This document shows, piece after piece, positions 46,592-54,495 of a DNA stretch of 64,000 nt. The notes under the pieces were generated by a model that was given only the letters and a program-made list of their open reading frames with translations, had not been told where the DNA came from and did not search any database. Location: assembly GCA_050115915.1 (NCBI GenBank), contig JASFPP010000001.1:3116-67115 (forward strand). Reading direction: 5' to 3'. This DNA comes from Candidatus Aminicenantes bacterium. GTDB taxonomy: Bacteria > Acidobacteriota > Aminicenantia > Aminicenantales > Aminicenantaceae. Within the stretch, counting starts at the first letter, position 1. Every line of letters starts with the position of its first letter. The translations under genes and the position numbers were made by a program.

Positions 46592-47587
46592 ATGGAGCGA
46601 ATGCGTTTGAAACGTTATGTTTTCTGGATGTTCTGCCTTGGACTTTTGTTTGCCTCCAACTTTGGCTGCAAGCACCAGGCATCCGAGGAAGGAGTGCCGG
46701 TCAAAGGAACATACTCTCCTCGAGAAAAGAATAGCATCATACTTAAAGTTGCGGATTCTTTTTACTTCAATTCCGATTTTGAAAAATATCTTCTGTCCAT
46801 CGTAGGGCAGGAATACAAAGATCTCTCTGTAAGCGCACTCAGCCGCCTCTTCGATGATTTTGTCGATGAGAAGATCCTCCTTCGTGCGGCCAAGGATCAG
46901 GAAACGTCGCTCACTGTCGATGAACAAAAAGAATATCTGGCCAAACTGACGAGAGAATCCTGGTCGAACGGGCGGAAAAGCTTATTGGATGAGCTCGAGT
47001 ATGAAACCCTCCTGGAAAAACTTGTGATTGAGAAATACTTATCACAAAAAATCGAGAGGATTGATGTCACGGATCAAGAAGTTAAAGATTACTATGAACT
47101 TCACAAGCGGGAGTTTTTGCGCCCCGAGAGAGTGAGGGTCAGTCAGATCTTATTGAAGACAGAGGGAAAGGCCGTCGAGATCCTGGAGAAAATCAAGGAC
47201 TCGAGCGGTGAGGCTTTCAGAGAGCTCGCCCGTAAGGAGTCGATCGGAGTGGAGGCATCGAAGGGAGGAGAGATGGGCCTTTTTGAAATGGGACAGCTCC
47301 CTTCCGAGATGGAAAAGGTTGTTTTCGCCTTAAAGGTCGGAGAGATCAGCCCTGTGGTTGAGTCGTCGTATGGGTACCATATATTCAGGCTGGATGAGAA
47401 ATTGGAACCGGAGCTTGTCCCTGAGGATAGTGCTCTCCCTGAGATCAAGATCAAAATATTCAACGAGAGGATTCAGAAGTTTCTTCGAGATCACATGGTG
47501 AGCCTCAAGTCCCGATTGGATTGGAATTCCTATCCAAACAATCTTTCCTTCAGCTATCAAAGGATTGATCATGATGAGAGCGAATAA
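46592..47587 (+). CDS. Parvulin-type peptidyl-prolyl cis-trans isomerase (PrsA/SurA-like), probable lipoprotein or secreted protein
   Basis: Canonical parvulin core GGEMGLFEMGQLPSEMEKVVFALKVGEISPVVESSYGYHIFRL. Signal peptide MERMRLKRYVFWMFCLGLLFASNFGC. The ORF track starts at TTG 46577. Confidence 0.8.
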   Translation: MERMRLKRYVFWMFCLGLLFASNFGCKHQASEEGVPVKGTYSPREKNSIILKVADSFYFNSDFEKYLLSIVGQEYKDLSVSALSRLFDDFVDEKILLRAAKDQETSLTVDEQKEYLAKLTRESWSNGRKSLLDELEYETLLEKLVIEKYLSQKIERIDVTDQEVKDYYELHKREFLRPERVRVSQILLKTEGKAVEILEKIKDSSGEAFRELARKESIGVEASKGGEMGLFEMGQLPSEMEKVVFALKVGEISPVVESSYGYHIFRLDEKLEPELVPEDSALPEIKIKIFNERIQKFLRDHMVSLKSRLDWNSYPNNLSFSYQRIDHDESE

Positions 47588-48545
47588 GATTATCGGAATT
47601 TTCTTAGTTCTTGTGGCTGCCGTAGGGTTGTTCGGGCAGGATATAGTCGAGGCGATCGTAGCTGTTGTCAATGACGATATCATCACTCTTTCTGAATACA
47701 AGCAAGAATATAACTCCCGGATGAGGATGTTGAGAGCGCAACTTCAGGGAGAAGAGTTGATTGAACAGCAGGAGATCATGAAAAATAACCTCCTGGAATC
47801 TTTGATAACGGATAAACTCCTTCTCCAAGAAGCGAGAAAGCTCGGCCTTAATGTCACAGAGCAAATGAGGATGACACTCGATAATATCAAGAGAGAAAAT
47901 AACCTGACATCTGATGAACAACTCAAAAGAGCCCTCGCCCAGCAGGGCATAGCTTATGAGGATTTTTTGAACCAGATGGAACAGAATATGCTGAAACAGA
48001 ACATCATTTTTAATAAGGTGGGGAGCAAAATTGTGATCGACGACTCAGAGATCGTGAGCTATTACAAGGTCCATCAGGAGGATTTTATCGAGCCTATCGA
48101 GTACACTCTCAAAATGATCTACATCGCCGGCGAGGGGAAAAGCTCTGAGGAGATTGAAAGCAAAAAGGGGGAGATCGACAACAGGCTCGACACGAATGGG
48201 GATTTCGGTCAGGTGGCGGGGGAGTTTTCCGAAGGCCCGGAAAAAGATGCACAGGGAGACCTGGGAAGCTACAAAGAGGGAGAATTACAGAAGGAGCTGG
48301 AACAAGCCGTAGAAAATCTGGAGGTGGATGCTGTAACGTCCTGGTTGAACATGCAGGGAGGATGGGTCAGGTTAAAACTTGTGGGGAAAAAAGACAGGCG
48401 CCTGAAAGAGTTTCAAGATGTCCGCAAAGAAATCGAAGGGATAATCTTCGAAGAAAGGCAGCAGGAAGAGTTGGATAAATATCTGCGTGATATCCGGTCT
48501 AAGAGTTATATTAAGGTTCTGATAGGCGACCCTTCCATCGATTGA
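47565..48545 (+). CDS. SurA-like periplasmic chaperone with degenerate parvulin domain
   Basis: 326 aa with a signal peptide. SurA N-terminal signature IVAVVNDDIITLSEY. The C-terminal parvulin-like segment lacks the GYH motif (GGWVRLKL). Confidence 0.75.
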   Translation: MIMMRANKIIGIFLVLVAAVGLFGQDIVEAIVAVVNDDIITLSEYKQEYNSRMRMLRAQLQGEELIEQQEIMKNNLLESLITDKLLLQEARKLGLNVTEQMRMTLDNIKRENNLTSDEQLKRALAQQGIAYEDFLNQMEQNMLKQNIIFNKVGSKIVIDDSEIVSYYKVHQEDFIEPIEYTLKMIYIAGEGKSSEEIESKKGEIDNRLDTNGDFGQVAGEFSEGPEKDAQGDLGSYKEGELQKELEQAVENLEVDAVTSWLNMQGGWVRLKLVGKKDRRLKEFQDVRKEIEGIIFEERQQEELDKYLRDIRSKSYIKVLIGDPSID

Positions 48546-48568
48546 TGTGAATTATTCATCTCATTATT

Positions 48569-49120
48569 CTAGGGGAGACAGACAGCGGCGGCGACAGCTG
48601 TTGTCCACAGTCCTTTTTTTCCTGTGGCGATCTGGGTGATGCTTTGAGTTCTGACGGAATGAGTGCTTGAGATATCGTAGCGATTTTTTTTCTCGTTCCA
48701 GATCTCCTTGGTGTCGAAAGACTCCCCCAGTGTTGTGGCCAACATGTATGCGGCTAAATCTGCGGCATATTCCCCTGCCTCCTCCTCGCCCATACCAAAG
48801 GCATGATGTTCGGCGAGATAGCCATGGTGGTTGGGATCGCTGGGCTGGGCCAGCCCGATCGAGGCAGAGATCAGCCTGTGTGCCTCTTCGGTGGCGGTAT
48901 CGCTCATCACCAGGAAGAGGATTTGTCCGGGTTGGAGAAGTTTTAGGCCCTCCTCTCTAGAAATGAGGGAACAATTAGGGGGAAAAATACTGGTGATCTT
49001 GACGAGATTGTATGGAGCAATCCCCGCCTCTCTTAGAGCGATCTCAAAACTGGCCAACTTCTCCCTGTGTTGCCCCATTCCTTTTGTCAGGAAAATCTTC
49101 GTCGGTAAAATCGTATTCAT
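48569..49120 (-). CDS. pdaD: Pyruvoyl-dependent arginine decarboxylase
   Basis: 183 aa. NLVKITSIFPP aligns with the self-cleavage motif NLIRISSIMPP of archaeal PdaD. The Ser that forms the pyruvoyl group is retained, but the preceding residue is Thr. Confidence 0.85.
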   Translation of the reverse strand: MNTILPTKIFLTKGMGQHREKLASFEIALREAGIAPYNLVKITSIFPPNCSLISREEGLKLLQPGQILFLVMSDTATEEAHRLISASIGLAQPSDPNHHGYLAEHHAFGMGEEEAGEYAADLAAYMLATTLGESFDTKEIWNEKKNRYDISSTHSVRTQSITQIATGKKGLWTTAVAAAVCLP

Positions 49121-49179
49121 GTTCGATTCCTGTCTGAAAAATTGAATAAATCTCGGATGATTGTGGTCAAAGTGGGGTT

Positions 49180-49776
49180 TTAATTCTCCTGTTTTTTCTC
49201 TTCTTTTTTGAGGCCTTTATCCTCTTCTGTCTCTTTTTTGTCGATTCCCACTGGCTCCGGTTCTACGAAGTCGATCCTCCTGGAGATCTCGTATTCTCCC
49301 AGAGGCAAAAATTGGGATCCTTTGGACTGGGCGAAGAGCCTGACCACTACAGTCTTCCAGTGCGGGTTGTCTTTGAAGGTAGCCAGCGATTTTCCTTCAA
49401 CACCATAGTTGCTCTTGAGTGTGATGACGTCGCTTTCCTCTCCTGGGGGAACGGGATCGTTTCGGATGGCGGCCAGGAAAGAATCCCCCAGGTTTTCAAA
49501 ATCGCCCATGAACCTGAAATTGGCGTTAAAATTGATATATTTGAGTGGTGAGTCAGTTGTGTTTTTCACGCGGAAAGAAATGGCGGGGACAAGAATCAGG
49601 CGCGGGGGCCATGGTTGATAATATTTGTCCGTCCAGAAAGTATCCACATCCAGAATTTCGATAGAAGACTCGAGGTCTTCAGCGGTAATTGTCTTCCACA
49701 GGCCGGCCTTCTGGAGGACAAAAACGAGAATAACAGCCAGGATGATCACTACAAAAAGAAACGCGTATCTTTTCAT
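49180..49776 (-). CDS. Hypothetical membrane-anchored protein with Lys/Glu-rich tail
   Basis: 198 aa. AAGGAGG lies 6 nt upstream of the ATG. N-terminal TM segment FLFVVIILAVILVFVL. I recognise no family. Confidence 0.6.
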   Translation of the reverse strand: MKRYAFLFVVIILAVILVFVLQKAGLWKTITAEDLESSIEILDVDTFWTDKYYQPWPPRLILVPAISFRVKNTTDSPLKYINFNANFRFMGDFENLGDSFLAAIRNDPVPPGEESDVITLKSNYGVEGKSLATFKDNPHWKTVVVRLFAQSKGSQFLPLGEYEISRRIDFVEPEPVGIDKKETEEDKGLKKEEKKQEN

Positions 49777-49866
49777 GAATCTCCTCCTTGGGACTCCTTC
49801 AATAATAATCTATATTGTACATTTATTCAATGGGATTATCTCACTCTCAAAGCCTGAAATCTGGGG

Positions 49867-51117
49867 TCAGGGCGTTTGGACGATCTGGGAGGCGAGAACG
49901 GGCTCAAGACCGTATTCGTCGACGAGGTGAAAACTCTCCTTGAGCACTTTGAGGGTCTCTTTGGTCGGGTGGCAGATCCCGAGAGCGAATCCGTTTTTTT
50001 GTGCTCGCCGGAAAAGTTCGATGAGCTGCCCCCGGATGTAGCTTTCATCCGGTTCTCCATCCAGAAAAACATGGCGATAAGCGGACGGGATATTCAGGCT
50101 TTGTGCGATATTGTAGGCAACAGAGCCGCTGGTCGTTCGACTGTCTATGAAGAAGAGATCCCTGTCTTTGAGACGTTCCAGAATGATGTTCATCAGTTTT
50201 GAATTGGCTGTGATCTTCGAGCCCATGTGGTTGTTGACACCCCGGATATAGGGGACTTGATCGAGGTTCTTTTCGAGGATCGCAATGATCTCCGCTTCGC
50301 TCATCTCAGAAGTGATCATGCCTTTGCTGTTGTTGCTGCCGTTGTTGTTGATCGCTTCCAGAGGAAGATGAAGGATGACTTCAAGGTCGTGCTGTCTGGA
50401 TATGGTGGCGATTTCTGAAGCCAAAGGACTGAAGGGGATGATGGCGATTGTAAGGGGCCTGCCGATGGCACATAACTCATTGATAGCCTCCAGGCTGTAT
50501 CCCATGTCATCCACAATAAGCGCCACCTTGCTCGCGCCCGGCAGCGGTGTGGTTTTTCGCGCAATCTTGACACCCTCTTTTGCGCACGAAAAAAGAACAG
50601 TGAGTCTGTGCTCCCGAGTATCCTGCGCTTGCCAGAGATAGTACTTTTTCTCATCGGTCTGTTGCTCCTCTTTTTCTGTGATCTGGATAGAGAGCTCATT
50701 AAATGTTTCGAAAAAGGAAGACTCCAACTCGCTGTATTTTTTGATGGGGATGTCGACTAATAAATGATCTACACCATCCTCATCCGTGAAGAGATTGACG
50801 GACTCATCGGGGATACCCGATTCAGTGACGGTCTTCAGAAGCGCTTGAGCAATAGAAACTTTTTCCCCGGCTTTTTTGGCCTCCTCGGCTTCCCTCAATT
50901 CCTTGGCTTTATCTTCGAGTGCTCTGATTCTGGCACTGCGCGCCATTGCGTACTTCGTTGGATATAGCACTGAAAAAACATAGGACTCCAGGCCGCGCTT
51001 CCATCCGATGTAGTCCAAACCCAGAGACGAGAGGATAACCAGGCATACAAGAAATATGTGAATTCCGGGGGAAAGTTTCTCTGGAAGGCTAGCTTTTTGT
51101 GATCTGGAAGCCCTCAT
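49867..51117 (-). CDS. Divergent polysaccharide deacetylase family protein (YibQ-like)
   Basis: 416 aa. N-terminal TM segment and coiled region. The core VALIVDDMGYS...PLTIAIIPFSP...LHLPLEA...VNNHMGS is typical of YibQ/DUF610. Confidence 0.8.
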   Translation of the reverse strand: MRASRSQKASLPEKLSPGIHIFLVCLVILSSLGLDYIGWKRGLESYVFSVLYPTKYAMARSARIRALEDKAKELREAEEAKKAGEKVSIAQALLKTVTESGIPDESVNLFTDEDGVDHLLVDIPIKKYSELESSFFETFNELSIQITEKEEQQTDEKKYYLWQAQDTREHRLTVLFSCAKEGVKIARKTTPLPGASKVALIVDDMGYSLEAINELCAIGRPLTIAIIPFSPLASEIATISRQHDLEVILHLPLEAINNNGSNNSKGMITSEMSEAEIIAILEKNLDQVPYIRGVNNHMGSKITANSKLMNIILERLKDRDLFFIDSRTTSGSVAYNIAQSLNIPSAYRHVFLDGEPDESYIRGQLIELFRRAQKNGFALGICHPTKETLKVLKESFHLVDEYGLEPVLASQIVQTP

Positions 51118-51123
51118 GGACGA

Positions 51124-52263
51124 TTAATTGGCAAGAAGTTCTTCGGTTGCTTTGAGATAGGCGTTTGAGGTCCTGTCCTCGCCATCGATTTTAACATCCG
51201 GTTCTATTCCCTTCTCCCAAAAATCCTTGTTCTTTTTCATATGAAAGACAGCAGAGGTCAGCAGGAGACCGCTTCCGTCATCCAAAGGTATGAACTGCTG
51301 CTTGGAGACGAGACCGGGAGTTTGGAGGCCGATCACTCTTGCTTTTTTGTTCACTTTGAGTACGGCGGCAATGGCCTCGGCCGCTCCGATTGTGGCCTCG
51401 TTTGTCCAGACGACGAGCGGCAAATTCGCCAGCTCTGTTTTGGATTGGAGCGCCAGAGTTTCCTTTTTCCCCTGGTTGTTCTCGAAGTACCCGGATGCTG
51501 AGTCCTCCAAGAAAAAATTGAGAAAATTCTCGGCTTCTTCGATATCTCCCTCAGCACAGTCTCTCAAGTCAATGATGAGCGGTTTTTTCTTCGTCTTTAG
51601 AGTGGGCAGCAACTCTTCCTTAAGGTTGTTTACACAAGGCGGATAGAGCCGCCTGATTTTTAATAGGCCACTCGTGCCCTTTGTCGCAGTGTAATGAAAG
51701 GTTTCTGTCGGTATCGCAACCCTTTCTAATCTGAGGATTTCAGAATCGCTTCCCCTCAGAATTTTGAGCATCACAGGATCTGTGGACTTGTCCTTCAGCA
51801 AAAGGTTCACCTCGATCATGCTCATGGGCAGTGTGGAGCGCCCGTTCATTATGCTGACTGATTCACCCAGCTTCAGTCCTGCCTTTGCGGCAGGAGAATT
51901 CTCCTTTATGCCGATGATAACGGGGAAGCTTCCATAGGTCTTATACAGTGTTATCCCGGTTTCTTTGAGGTCAGCATCTCTTCGCTGTTCGTACCTAGAG
52001 ACCGCCTCCTTGTCCAGATAGCTTGAGAGAATATCCAAAGAATCGACCAGACCCCGGAAGGCCCCGTCCATAGTTTTTAAAGGATTGGGCTCTTCGACGT
52101 ATTCGTCCCTTATAAGATACGCGACATTCCCCACGAGTTTGAATTGGTCATCGGAGGAGTTATTCCGGGACAATCCGGGAAGAAAATTCTTTTCGAGAAG
52201 AACGAACAGAAGGACGGTAAGAAGGGCGGGAATGAGTATAAACTTTATTCTTCCGATAGCCAT
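51124..52263 (-). CDS. S41 (C-terminal processing protease, Ctp/Prc) family homolog with PDZ domain; catalytic Ser/Lys apparently replaced
   Basis: 379 aa. PDZ segment GIKENSPAAKAGLKLGESV. S41 core LIIDLRDCAEGD .. PLVVWTNEATIGAAEAIAAVLK .. GLQTPGLVSKQQ .. GIEPDVKI. Confidence 0.8.
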   Translation of the reverse strand: MAIGRIKFILIPALLTVLLFVLLEKNFLPGLSRNNSSDDQFKLVGNVAYLIRDEYVEEPNPLKTMDGAFRGLVDSLDILSSYLDKEAVSRYEQRRDADLKETGITLYKTYGSFPVIIGIKENSPAAKAGLKLGESVSIMNGRSTLPMSMIEVNLLLKDKSTDPVMLKILRGSDSEILRLERVAIPTETFHYTATKGTSGLLKIRRLYPPCVNNLKEELLPTLKTKKKPLIIDLRDCAEGDIEEAENFLNFFLEDSASGYFENNQGKKETLALQSKTELANLPLVVWTNEATIGAAEAIAAVLKVNKKARVIGLQTPGLVSKQQFIPLDDGSGLLLTSAVFHMKKNKDFWEKGIEPDVKIDGEDRTSNAYLKATEELLAN

Positions 52264-52290
52264 TTTAACGAACCAAGACCATCAATTGTA

Positions 52291-53475
52291 TCATCTTCGT
52301 TTTAGCCATTGCAAGGGATTAAGGGGCTTTGTCTTGAAGCGGATCTCGAAATACAGGGTTGTTCCCTTGAGAGAACTGTAATCTCCCACCAACGCTATAG
52401 ATTGGTCGGCCTGGACAGGGTCTCCCTTCTTGACGAGAAAGTCAGAGCAGTGTCCATAGAGCGTGTAATAGCTCATCCCGTGATCGATGATGATGAGGTT
52501 TCCATAACCCTGGAAGTGGTCTGAGTACGCCACTGTCCCCGGATGGACGCACCTGACAACCATGTCTTTTCTGGGAGCAATTTCGATCCCATTGTTCATG
52601 GTTGTGGTGTTGAAACGCGGGTGCCTTTGGAGACCGAAGCGTGTCACGACCCTCCCCGTCAAGGGCCATGAGAGAGCCGCTTTTTTTTCATAGAGCGGGA
52701 TAAGCGTGATTGTGGGAGGGATCTTGCTGTTCAGGATCTTTTTCATCAATTTTTGGAGCTGTTCGGCCCGGTCTTCGAGCTCGCCCATTGTTTTCAAGTG
52801 GATTTTCTTATTCTGATCGATCTCACGGACGAGGTCCCTGTTCTTTTTTTCCTCGCCCTCGAGATCCTGTTTTTTTTGTTGGGCGGCCTGGATGAGTCCT
52901 GAGATCTCCTGTTTTTTTTCTGCGAGTTTTTTCTCTGCGGCATTGAGTTCATTCAGGATCTGGAGATAGTCTGCCACAATTTTATCCTGATGCTGGGCCA
53001 GGAGAACCAAATGCTTATTTCCCTGTAGAAGACTGCCCATGTCGTCGGCCTCGATGATAAAATCGATAAAATCGATCCTTCCATATTTGTAAAGGATTGT
53101 TAGAATTTTTCCGATGGATTCTTTTTCTTCCTCGAGCGTTGCCCTCAGCTCGGGTATCTTTCTATTGAGTGCCGACAGTTCCTTATTGGCTTTTCTCATC
53201 TGAATGTTATAGAGCGAGATCTCTTTTTTGATCAGTCTTTTGTTGGTGCTGATCCTGTCCAACTGAGTGAGGATCGACGCCTTTTTCCTCTCGTCCCTTT
53301 TGATCCGCGTTTTAAGGATCTCGATCTCTCCGGCGATCTCTTGCAGGCGCTTTTCGTAGTCTGCGATTTCCTCCTGGCCGGAGATAAGGGGAGAAGAAAG
53401 GATTGCCGGCAGACAAAAAACGATCAGGATAAAACACAAAAGATATCTAGCCATACGTCGATGACACCAAATCAC
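52291..53475 (-). CDS. EnvC-like murein hydrolase activator (coiled coil plus degenerate LytM/M23 domain)
   Basis: 394 aa. Signal peptide or anchor, then about 230 aa of Lys/Glu-rich coiled coil. In the C-terminal LytM domain HxxxD is replaced by NNGIE and HxH by TLY. Confidence 0.8.
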   Translation of the reverse strand: MIWCHRRMARYLLCFILIVFCLPAILSSPLISGQEEIADYEKRLQEIAGEIEILKTRIKRDERKKASILTQLDRISTNKRLIKKEISLYNIQMRKANKELSALNRKIPELRATLEEEKESIGKILTILYKYGRIDFIDFIIEADDMGSLLQGNKHLVLLAQHQDKIVADYLQILNELNAAEKKLAEKKQEISGLIQAAQQKKQDLEGEEKKNRDLVREIDQNKKIHLKTMGELEDRAEQLQKLMKKILNSKIPPTITLIPLYEKKAALSWPLTGRVVTRFGLQRHPRFNTTTMNNGIEIAPRKDMVVRCVHPGTVAYSDHFQGYGNLIIIDHGMSYYTLYGHCSDFLVKKGDPVQADQSIALVGDYSSLKGTTLYFEIRFKTKPLNPLQWLKRR

Positions 53476-53532
53476 ATTTCCTCATGCCCATAATACCACA
53501 CTCTATTGAGTCACACGAGTCGATCAAAAATT

Positions 53533-54477
53533 TTATTTTCTGAAGACATAGATGATCCCGCCCAGTAATCCAACGATCAGCATGAAAGCGAGGTCGATCC
53601 AGGAAAAGGAAATAGCGGCCGCAGATGAGATCCCGTAATATCTGAATATCTCCATGTAGGCACCCTCCCTCAATCCCAGCCCGTTGATGGTTATGGGGAT
53701 GAGCAGGATTAAGTGCACGATGGGGATGAAGATGAAATAATCCAGGAGGGCGATGTCCAGATGGAGGGCCTCTCCTATTAGATAGTAATGAATGATCACG
53801 TTGATCTGAAGGAGTGTCGCCCAGAAAAAAGCCTTGCCGAGAGCCCCTTTTCTCTTCTTGTAGTCAAGGATGGTCTGTCTGAATTGATGTGTCTTTTCTT
53901 TGATGGTGCCAAACGGCTTTTGTTCCGGAAGTTTCTCGAGAATGAGGTCCGCTAGAGGCGTGAGAAAGAGAGAGAGCAGGCCCAATCCGAAAACACTTAT
54001 GATGAGTGCCACCCAGATCACAGGAAATTGCCTGGCCATATCGAGCCGAATAAGGGATGCACAAAGGGCAAAGAGAAAAAGGACCAGAACGCCGGACAGT
54101 CGTTCGACAAGAACGATTGCTGAAGATTTTACGAGGGATTTGGAATAGCGGGAGCCGTCCCAGATGCGGACCACATCGCCGCCGATCCGTGTGGGTAGGA
54201 AGAGGTTGAAGAAGGATCCGACCAGGTAGGATTTTATCAGAAAGCCGAGGGGCACCCAGTCATCCTGGGCTTTGATGAGGATCTGCCAGCGGATGGCGCT
54301 GATCACGAGGCCAAGGGCATGGAGGGAAAAAGAAATTGCCAGCCAGAAATGATCGGCCTCTTTGATCGTGACAAAGATGTCTTTGAGCGAAGCTTGAGAG
54401 ATCAGGATATAGGCAAGGGCCGAGGCGCTAATAATGAATTTGAGCGTGAAGGCAAGGAGGTCCTTTTTTTTCGCCAT
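53533..54477 (-). CDS. UPF0104 / lysylphosphatidylglycerol-synthase-TM-region-like flippase-type membrane protein
   Basis: 314 aa with about 8 TM segments. The N-terminal pattern KKDLLAFTLKFIISASALAYIL and the RIGGDVVR motif are typical of the family. Confidence 0.75.
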   Translation of the reverse strand: MAKKKDLLAFTLKFIISASALAYILISQASLKDIFVTIKEADHFWLAISFSLHALGLVISAIRWQILIKAQDDWVPLGFLIKSYLVGSFFNLFLPTRIGGDVVRIWDGSRYSKSLVKSSAIVLVERLSGVLVLFLFALCASLIRLDMARQFPVIWVALIISVFGLGLLSLFLTPLADLILEKLPEQKPFGTIKEKTHQFRQTILDYKKRKGALGKAFFWATLLQINVIIHYYLIGEALHLDIALLDYFIFIPIVHLILLIPITINGLGLREGAYMEIFRYYGISSAAAISFSWIDLAFMLIVGLLGGIIYVFRK

Positions 54478-54495
54478 TCAAGCTACCCACAGGCT

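Noticed and set aside
48548-48559. A 12-nt exact match (TGAATTATTCAT) to the T2 terminus lies in the surA-like/pdaD convergent spacer. It could be a solo T2 remnant.
   Set aside because: It is too short to call a repeat copy, since no adjacent T2 blocks are present. I report it only as an occurrence of the palindrome.
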